From: an uncultured Anaerolineales bacterium
GTDB lineage: Bacteria > Chloroflexota > Anaerolineae > B4-G1
NCBI GenBank assembly: GCA_964653285.1
Contig: CAZZEX010000003.1
Span: 1,195 to 65,194 of the forward strand
Reading direction: 5' to 3'
Length of the DNA: 64,000 nucleotides
Positions 20,765 to 32,806 of the stretch are shown piece by piece (the first letter of the stretch is position 1; each line of letters opens with the position of its first letter). A program made the translations under genes and the position numbers. The notes under the pieces are model-generated. The model saw only the letters and a list, made by a program, of their open reading frames with translations. It ran no database searches and had not been told where the DNA came from.

Positions 20765-21817
20765 ATGAATCCACAAGGCCGTGAGCCTTATCTTGCAGCC
20801 CCCCAATGCATTGCGCCACGGTGGTGGCTGGCAGGTACATCACACCTCATCCGCCTCTTCCTCCTGCCGCTGCTGTTGGCTGCTTGCGCCCCCCCGTCCG
20901 CCACACCCCAGCGGCTTCCCACCCGGGCCGCCACCCCCACCCCTACCCCCACTCCTTTCTCCATCGCTGCGCAGACCTACTACGAGGAAGGGATGGTCCA
21001 CCAGGAAGCAGGCGACACCGAGGGCGCGCTGCAATCCTTTACCTGGGCTATCCAACGGGTGCCCGACTTCGCGCCAGCCTACGTCGCACGCGGCACCGTT
21101 CACCTGGCGCAGGGGAAACTCCATTCGGCGCTGACCGACGCCGATGCTGCGCTGGAGGCCGACCCTGCCGACGCCGCCGCCTATGCGCTGCGTGGCGAGA
21201 CGCTACGCCTGCTGGGCCGTGCCCACCAGGCATTGGAAGCCTTCGACCAGGCCCTGGCCCTGGACACTGACCTGAAGCCAGAGACCTTTCGCTCCCGTTG
21301 GCTGGCTGCCCGCGCGACCCACAATGCCGGCCGTCTGCTGAGGCTGAGCGATGAGTACGCCGCCGCCCACCCCGACGATCCCCTGCACCACTACTATCGT
21401 GGCTGGGGACTCATCGAATTGGACAAGCCCCGCCTCGCCATCAGGGTACTGGTCGAGGGGATCAAGGCCACTCCCGAGCCGCCAGCCCTGCTTTGGTTCG
21501 CGCTAGGTTGGGCCTACGTGGCGGATCGCTCCTGGCAGGAGGCAGTCACTTCTTTCGAGGCCACCCGCGCGCTGGTGCAGGCTGGCGACACCAGCCTAAT
21601 CGTCCACTCCGACCAGCCCATCGCCGACCTCTTCGGTGCGCTCGGGCAGGCCTACCTGGGTGCCGGACGCTGCGTGGACGCTGAGATGATGCTAGAATAC
21701 GCCATTGACGTCGGCGCTCCGGCCTCGGAATACGCCTCCGCGTTGAAGGAGGCGCGTCTCTGCCAGACCCCCGCCCCCACAGCCACGCCCTACCCTACCA
21801 CGACTCCGTTCAAATAG
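20765..21817 (+). CDS. TPR-repeat lipoprotein (start may lie slightly downstream)
   Basis: LAAC lipobox, Thr/Pro linker, several TPRs. Confidence 0.75.
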   Translation: MNPQGREPYLAAPQCIAPRWWLAGTSHLIRLFLLPLLLAACAPPSATPQRLPTRAATPTPTPTPFSIAAQTYYEEGMVHQEAGDTEGALQSFTWAIQRVPDFAPAYVARGTVHLAQGKLHSALTDADAALEADPADAAAYALRGETLRLLGRAHQALEAFDQALALDTDLKPETFRSRWLAARATHNAGRLLRLSDEYAAAHPDDPLHHYYRGWGLIELDKPRLAIRVLVEGIKATPEPPALLWFALGWAYVADRSWQEAVTSFEATRALVQAGDTSLIVHSDQPIADLFGALGQAYLGAGRCVDAEMMLEYAIDVGAPASEYASALKEARLCQTPAPTATPYPTTTPFK

Positions 21818-21939
21818 CGAGAAGCACCGTCAGCACCGGGCCAATGACGAGCCAATAACCTGAAACTCCGCGCCACATTGACGCTATCTTCACTTGTGCT
21901 ATACTATGCCAGCAAAATTCATCCAAGGAGACCGATACG

Positions 21940-22185
21940 ATGGTAGACGAAGACCTGCTGAAGATCCTGCGCTGCCCCTATTGCGTCAGCGGCGAGACCC
22001 GCAAGCCTGGCGACGACCCCGGCCAACTGAAACTGGCCCATGACTGCTGGCTCGTGTGCCAGGAGCCCGATTGCGGCCGCAAGTACCCCATCCGCGATGA
22101 CATCCCGGTGATGCTCATCGAAGAGGGGGATAAATGGATCAGCGTGGCCGTCGAGGATCTGCCGGTTCCGCCGCCAGCCGGGTAG
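21940..22185 (+). CDS. Trm112-like protein
   Basis: [10 protein letters not shown]...[15 protein letters not shown]. Confidence 0.85.
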   Translation: MVDEDLLKILRCPYCVSGETRKPGDDPGQLKLAHDCWLVCQEPDCGRKYPIRDDIPVMLIEEGDKWISVAVEDLPVPPPAG

Positions 22186-22189
22186 CCCC

Positions 22190-22420
22190 ATGCTCCAGTG
22201 GCGGGTGATCCTGCTGGCAGCACTGGCCATGCTGCTGCTGTTGGGCGGGCTATTCGCTCTGATCCTGCCCGACCCTTACGAGGGTCCGGTGCTCTATCAC
22301 TTCGACGAGCAACACGCCATCCGCGCCATGGACGCCCTGGGAATAGTGCTGCTGGCCCTGGGATGTGCCATGTCCTGGAGCGCCGGGGCCTTATGGCAGC
22401 GCCGGATGTATGCTTCCTGA
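22190..22420 (+). CDS. Small two-TM membrane protein
   Basis: Two hydrophobic segments; operonic spacing. Confidence 0.65.
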   Translation: MLQWRVILLAALAMLLLLGGLFALILPDPYEGPVLYHFDEQHAIRAMDALGIVLLALGCAMSWSAGALWQRRMYAS

Positions 22421-22850
22421 CCAGCCTGGGACTTATGTGCTGATTTTGAGGCTGCCACGTCCCGCGACCATCGGCGTCGGGCGATTGGGCCACTTCCAAT
22501 TCCCGGCTGGCTGGTATGCCTACGCTGGCAGCGCCCACGGGCCAGGCGGACTGGTTGCCCGAATTTCCCGGCACTTGTGCCCATCCAAACCCCTGCACTG
22601 GCACGTGGATTATCTGCGGGCTTATGCCCGGCCTGTTGAAATCTGGTACGCAATCGGGACCCGGAAGCGGGAATGCGCCTGGGCCCAGGCGCTGTTCGGA
22701 CTCCCCGGTGCTTCCCTCCCTGTACCCCGCTTCGGCGCTTCCGACTGCCAATGCCTGGCCCACCTAATTCACTTCGCCGCGCCACCGGACCTGGCGACCT
22801 TCGTCCGCGTCGTGGGCGAACCCATATCGCAGGAGAAGCTGAATGCCTGA
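22410..22850 (+). CDS. DUF123 / GIY-YIG (Uri) nuclease family protein
   Basis: GTYVL, YAYAGSA, HWHVDYL, FGASDC.C..HL. Confidence 0.85.
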   Translation: MLPDQPGTYVLILRLPRPATIGVGRLGHFQFPAGWYAYAGSAHGPGGLVARISRHLCPSKPLHWHVDYLRAYARPVEIWYAIGTRKRECAWAQALFGLPGASLPVPRFGASDCQCLAHLIHFAAPPDLATFVRVVGEPISQEKLNA

Positions 22851-23448
22851 TGCGCTCAAGGTGTTTCTGGACAGTATCGCCGCTGGCGACGACGCCCGCA
22901 CCGAGGAAGCCGTGCTGGCGCTGGGGCACAGTTCGGCTGAGAACTCACGGCGCAGCCTTGATGACGCAGTGCTGCCCCCGTTGCGCGACCTGCTGGTCGA
23001 CGCCGACCCCGACCGCCGCTGGTGGGCTGCCCGCGCCCTGGCCGCCGTTGGCACCCAGGCTGCACGGGATTTGCTCATCACCGCACTGGCCGACCCCGAT
23101 CCCGACGTACGTGCCTGTGCCGTGCAGGGGCTGGGAGAACTGCACGCTGAGGACGCCGTGGCGGGGCTGGTGCGCTGCCTGGCCGATCCCAGCCCTTTCG
23201 TTTCCCGCATCGCCGCCGATAGCCTGGCTCACATCGGCCCACCCGCCGTCCCGGCCCTCATTGCTGCGCTGCAGGAGGGAGAGGTCCTTACCCGGGCGGG
23301 GGCAGCCCGCGCCCTGAGCATCATTCAGCCCGAAGAAGCCATCCCCGCCCTCTGTGCCGCCCTCAATGATCCGAGCGCCATCGTCACCTATCACGCGGAG
23401 GAAGCGCTAGAGCGGATGAAAGTGGGGCTGGTGCTCTTCCGCCCCTGA
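22843..23448 (+). CDS. HEAT-repeat (PBS lyase-like) protein
   Basis: Repeated L.D.DP.VR..A..ALG units. Confidence 0.82.
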   Translation: MPDALKVFLDSIAAGDDARTEEAVLALGHSSAENSRRSLDDAVLPPLRDLLVDADPDRRWWAARALAAVGTQAARDLLITALADPDPDVRACAVQGLGELHAEDAVAGLVRCLADPSPFVSRIAADSLAHIGPPAVPALIAALQEGEVLTRAGAARALSIIQPEEAIPALCAALNDPSAIVTYHAEEALERMKVGLVLFRP

Positions 23449-23574
23449 GCAGCAAGGGGTCCCGCCACCGTGCCGCTTTACCTCGCCCCGCGCATCCTCC
23501 TGGAGACGTGCCGCACGGCGCGGGAGGTCCTTTCGCGGATTCAGGAGATGCTGCACCTTCTTTCAAGCATTTCC

Positions 23575-24795
23575 TCACAGGTCCCACCTCTCCACCACTT
23601 CCGCGCCATTCGTTGCCCTACAGACGTAGATGCTTGGTGCGATGCCCGTGGTTGCCTGGTAGCAGGTGGTGACGGCAGCGGCAAAGGCGCGGGCGGCGTC
23701 GGCGCGGACGAGGGCCACGGCACAGCCACCAAAACCAGCGCCAGTCATGCGGGCGCCGTAGCAGGTGTCTTCGCGACAGGCGCATGCCACCATACCGTTC
23801 AGTTCATCGCTCGACACTTCGAAATCATCTCGCAGGCTGACGTGGCTACCGTTCATCAGTTGGCCCAGTGCGACGGCGTCACCCTGGCGCATAGCCCCCG
23901 CGGCCTGCAAGGTGCGGGTATTTTCTGTCACCACGTGGCGGGCACGGCGGCGAGTCAGGTCGTCCAGCCGGTCGGCCTGGGCCCGGAACTGGGCCACGCT
24001 GACGTCGCGTAGGACAGGGACGCCGAAGAAGCGTGCAGCGGCTTCACACTGGGCACGACGCTCGTTATAGGCCGAATCCACCAGTCCCCGCCGGGTGGCA
24101 GTGTCCAACACTGCGACAGCCGTGCCGGGCGGCAGGGGCACGGGCCGCGTCTCCAGCGAGCGGCAGTCAATCAGGAGGGCGTGGCCGGCCTTGCCCGCTG
24201 CTGAGATCATCTGATCCATGATGCCACAGTTGACCCCCACCCACTCGTTCTCCGCGCGCTGCCCGATCTTCGCCATCGTCGTTGAGTTCCACGGCAAACT
24301 CGACGCCACGGCGAAGACCTGGGCTGTGGCCATTTCCAACGCGGCCGAAGAGGAGAGACCAGCGCCAATCGGCACATCGCCAGCGACGACGCCCTCCCAG
24401 CCCTGTAACGTGTAACCCGCCTCCTGCAAGGCCCAGGCAACTCCCTTCAGGTATTCTCCCCAGCCTGTCCTGCGATGGGCATGGAAACCCGCCTGTCCTG
24501 CGGCGGGTATGGAAACCTGTCCCACGCTCTCCAGCGAGAATTCCACTGTCTGATCAAAATCGAGAGAGTGGCATAAAATGCGCTGGTCGCTGCGGGGCCG
24601 CACCGCCATCCACACCGCGCGGTCAATCGCCATCGGCAGTACAAAACCATCGTTATAGTCGGTGTGTTCCCCGATCAGATTAACCCGCCCCGGCGCACGC
24701 ACGACGAAGACGGGGGGGGCGCCGAAGCGGCGTTCAAATTCCATTGGGACCTGATTTTTTCCGCCAGACCTGGTTTCTCTTGACTCGCGCCTCAC
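23575..24795 (-). CDS. galK: Galactokinase (start may be 24744)
   Basis: RAPGRVNLIGEHTDYN, GAGLSSSAA, GARMTGAGFGG. Confidence 0.95.
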   Translation of the reverse strand: MRRESRETRSGGKNQVPMEFERRFGAPPVFVVRAPGRVNLIGEHTDYNDGFVLPMAIDRAVWMAVRPRSDQRILCHSLDFDQTVEFSLESVGQVSIPAAGQAGFHAHRRTGWGEYLKGVAWALQEAGYTLQGWEGVVAGDVPIGAGLSSSAALEMATAQVFAVASSLPWNSTTMAKIGQRAENEWVGVNCGIMDQMISAAGKAGHALLIDCRSLETRPVPLPPGTAVAVLDTATRRGLVDSAYNERRAQCEAAARFFGVPVLRDVSVAQFRAQADRLDDLTRRRARHVVTENTRTLQAAGAMRQGDAVALGQLMNGSHVSLRDDFEVSSDELNGMVACACREDTCYGARMTGAGFGGCAVALVRADAARAFAAAVTTCYQATTGIAPSIYVCRATNGAEVVERWDL

Positions 24796-24798
24796 GTT

Positions 24799-26599
<1,801 letters not shown>

Positions 26600-26840
26600 A
26601 GCCTAAACTCCTTATCTCTACATAGTCAGACCTACTCTACATAGTCTGCTGAATGGGCATTTTATTATCTCCCTCCAAAGACCTCCGAGGTTTCCTTGGT
26701 AGGCCCATTTGTAATAGAGGACAAGGACTTTGTCAAGGGGGATAACCTTAAAAACCGGGCGCTGGTGGGGCAAACCCCTCATCCTGTGAATACTCCCGGC
26801 AGGGTGACGAGTGTCACGCGAAAGAAATACCAGGTCTCAC

Positions 26841-26889
26841 TTGCCAAATGACGTGGAGTGTGTATAATTGTTAATGCGAAGCATTCGCA
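26841..26889 (+). promoter_or_regulatory. Promoter plus Fur-family operator-like 7-1-7 palindrome
   Basis: TTGCCA-16-TATAAT; TGCGAAG-C-ATTCGCA at 26875-26889. Confidence 0.5.
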
Positions 26890-26904
26890 CCAAGAAGGTG
26901 AGAA

Positions 26905-27360
26905 ATGAGTGAGCCGAAAGAGCATCTGCGAGACGTCTTTCGAGCCGCGGGCCGGAGGCTGACCTCCCAGCGCCGCCTGATTCTGGAGGTGCTGGAGGAG
27001 AGCAACGAGCACCTGGACGCTGAAGAGCTTTACGACCGGGCCAGGGTTCACAACACCGACATCAGCCTGGCGACAGTCTATCGCGCGCTGGCTGTCCTTA
27101 AGGAAATGGGACTGGTGGAGGAGCACCGCCTGGGTGAGGAGCACGGTCACTACGAACCGATGCGAGACGAACCGCACTATCACTTCACCTGCGTGGGCTG
27201 TGGCAGGGTGATCGAGTTCGACTCCCCCCTGGTAGCACGGATCCAGCAGGAATTGAGCGAGCGGGAAGGGGTGTGTGTGACCAGTGTCCATCTGCACCTG
27301 AGCGGCTACTGTGCCCAGTGTCAAAACAAAGCAGGAGGACAAAGCAGAAATGAGACATAG
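26905..27360 (+). CDS. fur: Fur family transcriptional repressor
   Basis: RLTSQR, HLDAEE, SLATVYR, HYHFTC..C, C..C. Confidence 0.9.
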   Translation: MSEPKEHLRDVFRAAGRRLTSQRRLILEVLEESNEHLDAEELYDRARVHNTDISLATVYRALAVLKEMGLVEEHRLGEEHGHYEPMRDEPHYHFTCVGCGRVIEFDSPLVARIQQELSEREGVCVTSVHLHLSGYCAQCQNKAGGQSRNET

Positions 27361-27631
27361 ATCGAAGAGGCACCGAGCAGCCCTATCGTCCACACCAGAG
27401 GACGAAGTGGTTGCCCTGAGCGCTCTACACCCCGGCGAGCAGGGAGTGGTAGCTGAGCTACTCGGCGGGCGCGGAGTACTGGGTCGCATGGCATCACTGG
27501 GCTTCACGCCGGGGGCGAAGGTGAGGATGCTGCAGAACTTCGGCCACGGCCCGCTGATCGTGCTTCTGCGCGACACGCGCGTGGCCCTGGGGCGCGGCGA
27601 GGCGCGCAAGGTGAGGATGTTGCGCAAATGA
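27350..27631 (+). CDS. feoA: Ferrous iron transport protein A
   Basis: RMASLGFTPG...GPLIV...VALGRGEA. Confidence 0.9.
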   Translation: MRHRSKRHRAALSSTPEDEVVALSALHPGEQGVVAELLGGRGVLGRMASLGFTPGAKVRMLQNFGHGPLIVLLRDTRVALGRGEARKVRMLRK

Positions 27632-29622
27632 CTGACGAGAACATCATCACCGTCGCCCTGGCCGGGCAGCCCAACGTGGGCAAGTCCACGCTCTTCAACC
27701 TGCTCACCGGCCTCAATCAGCACGTGGGCAACTGGCCCGGCAAGACGGTCGAGCGGAAGGAGGGCACGTTCGCCTTCAACGGGGCGACCTACCGGCTGGT
27801 TGACCTGCCCGGCACTTACAGCCTGACCGCTAACTCCTCCGAGGAGGTCATCGCCCGCGACTTCATCATCAAGGAACGGCCCGACGTGGTGGTCGTGGTG
27901 GTGGACGCGGCGATACTGGAACGCAGCCTGTACCTGGTGGCGGAGTTGATGCCGCTGCCCGCGCCGGTCATCGTGGCGCTGAATATGATGGATGTGGCCC
28001 AGCAGGAGGGATTCCGCATCGAGCCGGAGGTGCTGGAGGCGGCGCTAGGCGTCAAGGTGGTGCCTATGGTCGCCGCCAGGAACGTCGGTGTCCGTGAACT
28101 GGTGAGGGCGATTGACACAGTGGCGCGTGATAGCTACGTCTACACACCCAAGCGCCCCAAGATCCGCGCCGACCACAGGGATGTGCTGGCCAAGATCGAA
28201 GCGCTGATTGAGGGGTATGTACCCCAGCCTTACCCGCAGGATTGGGTGGCGCTGAAACTGCTGGAGGGGGATCGGGAAATCACGCGCATGATGCGGGAAT
28301 GTATGCCGGACGAGCGCTGGGAGGCGGTTCACGACGTCCTGCGAGCCCACGACGACGCGCTGATGGCCGTGGCCAGCGGGCGCTACGAGTGGATCGGGCG
28401 CATGATCCGCGCCGCCGTGACCCGCCCCAAAGCCGGCCAGATCGGCCTGACGGAGCGGCTGGACCGCTGGGCCACCCATCCCTTGTGGGGGCTTCTGATC
28501 CTGGCGGGCATCCTGGGTCTGATCTTCTGGCTGACCTACACCATTGGCGCACCCTTGCAGGACATGCTCAATATCTACGTGGTGAGCGGGCTGGCAGAAC
28601 TGGCGCGCGCCGGGCTGGCTGGAGCCCCCACCTGGCTTTCCGATCTGATCGTGGATGGCGCCATCGGCGGAGTGGGAGCGGTGCTTACCTTCCTGCCTAT
28701 CCTGGTCATCTTCTTTGCCGTGATGGGCGCACTGGAGGATATTGGGTACATGGCCCGGGCGGCCTACGTGATGGATGGCTTTATGCACCTGATGGGATTG
28801 CACGGGAAGTCCTTCCTGCCTCTGTTCCTGGGCTTCGGCTGTAACGTCCCTGCGGTGCTGGGTGCCCGGGTGATCGAATCCCGCCGCGCGCGCCTGTTGA
28901 CTATCCTGCTTGCCCCACTGATCCCCTGCACGGCCCGGATGGCGGTGGTCGCCTTCTTGTCCCCGGCCTTCTTCGGCTCTGCTGCCACGCTGGTCTCCTG
29001 GGGGCTGGTCCTCCTGGCGCTGGTGGTGTTGGCCCTCTCCGGCGTGCTCATCAACAAGACCATATTCCGGGGCCAGCGGGCGGCGTTCATTATGGAATTG
29101 CCCCTCTACCACCTCCCCAACTGGCGCACCATCGGCTTGCTGGTCTGGCAGCGCAGCCTGGCCTTCCTCAAGAAGGCGGGCACGCTGATCCTCACGGTCT
29201 CGGTGGTGGTGTGGGCTCTCTCGGTGCTGCCAGGCGGGGAGATCGAGACCAGTTTTCTGGCTCAAATCGGCCGGTGGTTGGAGCCAGCAGGCCGGCTGAT
29301 GGGCTTCGACTGGCGGCTGATGGTGGCACTATTGACCAGTTTCATCGCCAAGGAAAACTCCATCGCCACGATGGGCGTGCTGTTCGGCACGGGCGAGGAA
29401 GCCGGGCTGGCGGAGACGATGGCGGCTACCTTCCCCGCCTCTACGGCGCTGGCCTTCCTGGTGGTGCAGATGCTTTTTGTCCCCTGCGTGGCGACAGTCG
29501 CCGTCGTCCGTCAGGAGTCCGGATCGTGGTGGTGGACTCTGTTCAACCTGGGCTTCCTGCTGGCGGTCTCTTGGGCGGCCGGCGTGGTGATCTTCTGGCT
29601 CGCGGGAATGGGGGGGTTATAG
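27628..29622 (+). CDS. feoB: Ferrous iron transport protein B
   Basis: GQPNVGKS, VGNWPG.TVE, DLPG.YSL, GFGCNVPA. Confidence 0.96.
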   Translation: MTDENIITVALAGQPNVGKSTLFNLLTGLNQHVGNWPGKTVERKEGTFAFNGATYRLVDLPGTYSLTANSSEEVIARDFIIKERPDVVVVVVDAAILERSLYLVAELMPLPAPVIVALNMMDVAQQEGFRIEPEVLEAALGVKVVPMVAARNVGVRELVRAIDTVARDSYVYTPKRPKIRADHRDVLAKIEALIEGYVPQPYPQDWVALKLLEGDREITRMMRECMPDERWEAVHDVLRAHDDALMAVASGRYEWIGRMIRAAVTRPKAGQIGLTERLDRWATHPLWGLLILAGILGLIFWLTYTIGAPLQDMLNIYVVSGLAELARAGLAGAPTWLSDLIVDGAIGGVGAVLTFLPILVIFFAVMGALEDIGYMARAAYVMDGFMHLMGLHGKSFLPLFLGFGCNVPAVLGARVIESRRARLLTILLAPLIPCTARMAVVAFLSPAFFGSAATLVSWGLVLLALVVLALSGVLINKTIFRGQRAAFIMELPLYHLPNWRTIGLLVWQRSLAFLKKAGTLILTVSVVVWALSVLPGGEIETSFLAQIGRWLEPAGRLMGFDWRLMVALLTSFIAKENSIATMGVLFGTGEEAGLAETMAATFPASTALAFLVVQMLFVPCVATVAVVRQESGSWWWTLFNLGFLLAVSWAAGVVIFWLAGMGGL

Positions 29623-30800
29623 TGTCGCAACTAGAGCGCTTCTTCCTCATCGGCCTGGTCCTGCTGGCGGTGCTGGCGGTAGTCATCGTCATTGTAGTAC
29701 CCCGGCTGAGACAGCAGCCCTCCCCATCTGAGCCATCCCTTGCACCAGGCGAGACGGAGACGATGTCCGCACGCGTGATCGAGGTGGTGGAGGAGGGCAC
29801 CGTCGAGCTGGGCGGGGGCAGTACGCAACCTTACCAGCGGTTGCTGCTGCGCGTCGAAAGCGGATCCCTGGCTGGACAGGAGGTCATGGTTGAGGAGGGA
29901 ACGGTCAACATCATCAGCCAAGAGCGGCTGTTCCACGCCGGCGACCGGGTTTACCTGGAGCGGGTGGTAGGGCCAGACAGCGAGCGCTTCTACGTCTCGG
30001 ACTTCGTGCGCACCGGTCCGCTGCTCTGGATCGCGGCCCTGTTTGTGACGCTGGTCGTACTGGTGGGCCGGGGCAAGGGTCTGCGGTCGCTGGTGGGCAC
30101 GCTATTCAGCCTGGTGGTGATTTTTGCCTTCATCGTCCCTCAGATCATAGCGGGCCGAGACCCGGTAGCCGTGAGCATTGCTGGCTCTATCCTGTTACTG
30201 GCCGTCTCCAACTACCTGATCTACGGTTGGAACCCCAGGGCGCACGCAGCGGCGGCCGGGATGGTACTGAGCCTGGTGCTGACCGGGGTGCTGGCCTGGT
30301 TGTCCGTGGGCTGGACCCGTATGACTGGCTTGACCGCGGAGGAGAGCTCCTACTTAATCATGGAACTGGGGCCGGATGCCAACCTGCAGGGGTTGCTGCT
30401 GGGCGCGATCATCATTGGGTCAATGGGGGCACTGGACGACGTATGCGTGGGTCAGGTATCGGTAGTCTTCGAACTGCTCGACGCCAACCGCGATTTGGGA
30501 TGGACAGACCTCTTCCGTCGCAGCTTCAACGTCGGGCGGGACCACATCGCGGCGATGGTCAACACGCTCGTCCTGGCTTACACGGCGGCTTCGTTGCCCT
30601 TGATGTTAGCCTTCACCCTCTACCAAGAACCGCTCTGGCGGCGGATCAACCGGGAGCCCATCGCCGAGGAGATCGTGCGCACGCTGGTGGGGAGCATAGG
30701 ACTGATCCTGGCCGCGCCCATCACCAGTCTGACCGCCAGCCTCTTAGCGCACTGGACGGTCCAGCAGGAGGAGGCGAGGAGCAGGAGAGTAGGGGAGTAG
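29622..30800 (+). CDS. YibE/F family membrane protein
   Basis: IIGSMGALDD, GRDHIAAMVNTLVLAY, EEIVRTLVGSIG. Confidence 0.88.
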   Translation: MSQLERFFLIGLVLLAVLAVVIVIVVPRLRQQPSPSEPSLAPGETETMSARVIEVVEEGTVELGGGSTQPYQRLLLRVESGSLAGQEVMVEEGTVNIISQERLFHAGDRVYLERVVGPDSERFYVSDFVRTGPLLWIAALFVTLVVLVGRGKGLRSLVGTLFSLVVIFAFIVPQIIAGRDPVAVSIAGSILLLAVSNYLIYGWNPRAHAAAAGMVLSLVLTGVLAWLSVGWTRMTGLTAEESSYLIMELGPDANLQGLLLGAIIIGSMGALDDVCVGQVSVVFELLDANRDLGWTDLFRRSFNVGRDHIAAMVNTLVLAYTAASLPLMLAFTLYQEPLWRRINREPIAEEIVRTLVGSIGLILAAPITSLTASLLAHWTVQQEEARSRRVGE

Positions 30801-30947
30801 AAGAGCGGGGGAGCAGAGAGGCAGGGAAGCACAAGTCGCAAGTCACAAGATGTAGGAGGCAAGAGGCAAGAAGCAGGGGAGCGAGGGGACACAAGGCTAC
30901 AAGCTGACAAGAAGACGGGATAAGAATGGGCAAGGGGCAGGGAGTAG

Positions 30948-31193
30948 ATGACGATGTTGAACTGGCTGCTGGAGTTGCTGCGGGCGGGGGGCACCCACCG
31001 GGTGGTCGGCCTGGCCCGCGAGCTGGATACGACGCCCGCGTTGGTCGAGGCGATGCTGGAGCACCTGGCCCGTATGGGTTATCTGAGGCCGGTGGGGGGC
31101 GAATGTGACACCAAGTGCGCTGGTTGTCCACTGGCGGGACTGTGCGCGGCGGGGAAAGGCGGGCGCGTGTGGGCGCTGACGGGGAAAGGATAA
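30948..31193 (+). CDS. feoC: FeoC-like wHTH protein with Cys cluster
   Basis: LARELD...VEAMLEHL..MGY then C...C..CP....C. Confidence 0.75.
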   Translation: MTMLNWLLELLRAGGTHRVVGLARELDTTPALVEAMLEHLARMGYLRPVGGECDTKCAGCPLAGLCAAGKGGRVWALTGKG

Positions 31194-32060
31194 CTACGGA
31201 GCAAGCCCTGCCCCTACCAGCGACCGCAATACCGCCAGGTTCTCTCTATCCTCGTGCAGGTCGTCGCTCTTGGGTGTCTCCAGCAGGCCCGGCAGCACCG
31301 CCAACCGGGGGTCGTTCAGCACGTGGCGGAACCCCTCCAGGCCGATGTTTCCCTGGCCGATGTGCTCGTGCCGATCTTTGCGGCTTCCCAGGTCCCCTTT
31401 GCTATCGTTCAGGTGAATCACCTTGAGCCGCTCCAGGCCAATGACCCGATCGAAGGCCTCCATCGTGGCGGCGTATCCCTCCACCGTGCGCAGTTCATAG
31501 CCGGCAGCGAAGACGTGACAGGTATCGAGGCAGACCCCCAGCCGTTCTCCCTGCTGCGTGTGCTCCATCAGCCAGGCCAGGTGCTCGAAGCGATAGCCCA
31601 GGTTAGTGCCCTGCCCGGCGGTGGTCTCCAGAAGAATCTGGGTGCGGAAGCCCGGCGTGGCGGCATGGACTCCCCCCAATGCCTGCGCTACCCGCGCCAG
31701 CCCTGCTTCCTCCCCTGTGCCCACGTGCGAACCCGGATGGAGCACCAGATAAGGCACATCTAGCGCCTCACACCGATCCAGTTCGACGATGAGCATGTCG
31801 CGTGACTTTGTCCACAGCGCTTCGTCGGGCGTAGCCAGGTTGAGCAGGTAGGAGGTGTGGCCCACCACCGGCTGGATACCCGTCCCCACAGCCTTCGCCT
31901 TGAAACGTGCGATGTCCTCCTCGGTCAGTGGCTTCACCGCCCAGGAGCGGTTGGACTTGACGAAAATCTGCAGCGCATCGCAGCCTACAGACTGAGCGCG
32001 GTCGAACGCCTTGTGCAGCCCGCCAGCGATGGACTCATGGGCCCCCAGCCTCAGCGTCAT
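31194..32060 (-). CDS. nfo: Endonuclease IV
   Basis: GAHESIAGG, HPGSH, ETTAGQG, DTCH, HLNDS, DRHEHIG. Confidence 0.95.
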   Translation of the reverse strand: MTLRLGAHESIAGGLHKAFDRAQSVGCDALQIFVKSNRSWAVKPLTEEDIARFKAKAVGTGIQPVVGHTSYLLNLATPDEALWTKSRDMLIVELDRCEALDVPYLVLHPGSHVGTGEEAGLARVAQALGGVHAATPGFRTQILLETTAGQGTNLGYRFEHLAWLMEHTQQGERLGVCLDTCHVFAAGYELRTVEGYAATMEAFDRVIGLERLKVIHLNDSKGDLGSRKDRHEHIGQGNIGLEGFRHVLNDPRLAVLPGLLETPKSDDLHEDRENLAVLRSLVGAGLAP

Positions 32061-32138
32061 CCACTCCCTCCGTTCCCATCGTCCAGCCCGGGTTCGCCCC
32101 GCACAACCTGAAACCTGAAACCTGAAACCACCAGAGGG

Positions 32139-32669
32139 CTACTCCTCCGGCACCCAACCCGTTGGATACCGCCGCGCCAGGTCCACGTAGGTCTCCTTAA
32201 AGTGGGTCCACTGGGCCTTGTATTCCTCGCTCACTGTCTTCTCCAGCACCCGGGCCGGCACTCCCACGGCGATGTGGCCCGGCGGGATCTCCTGCCCTTG
32301 CCGGACGACGGCCCCTTCGCCCACCGCGGCCCACTCACCGAGGACTGCCCAGTCGGAGACCACCGCCCCCATGCCGATGATGGCATAGTCGTGGATCATC
32401 TGCACGTTGTGGATCACCGCGCCGTGGCCGATGGTGACCCAGTTGCCGATGGTCGTCTGCCCGCCGGGGCGGGCGTGGATGACGCAGTTGTCCTCCACGC
32501 TGCAATAGTCGCCGAGGACGATGGTGCCGTAATCCCCCCGGATGCGTGCTCCCGGCCCGATCCAGCAGCCCTGGCCGATGGTCACGTCCCCGAAGACGTC
32601 GGCAGAGGGGTGGATATAGGTGCCCGCGCCGATGCAGGGCGTCTTGCCCTCGAAAGATGCGATGGTCAT
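32139..32669 (-). CDS. Gamma carbonic anhydrase family protein
   Basis: IRGD, VEDNCVIH, TIGHGAVIH. Confidence 0.88.
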   Translation of the reverse strand: MTIASFEGKTPCIGAGTYIHPSADVFGDVTIGQGCWIGPGARIRGDYGTIVLGDYCSVEDNCVIHARPGGQTTIGNWVTIGHGAVIHNVQMIHDYAIIGMGAVVSDWAVLGEWAAVGEGAVVRQGQEIPPGHIAVGVPARVLEKTVSEEYKAQWTHFKETYVDLARRYPTGWVPEE

Positions 32670-32775
32670 TGTAAGCCCTCCTGCGCCGTCTCGGCTCGCG
32701 CCTGCTCCAACTCCTCCTCCAGTTCGATGATCATCGCCGGAGGGACGGAGTGTTTGGGCCGGCGGGCCTTCAGGC
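32666..32775 (-). pseudogene. Remnant of a small coiled-coil protein
   Basis: LKARRPKHSVPPAMIIELEEELEQ...* overlaps next ATG; in-frame stop upstream and no start. Confidence 0.3.
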
Positions 32776-32806
32776 CATCATACGATGCTGCGTATTACGT
32801 ATTGCG

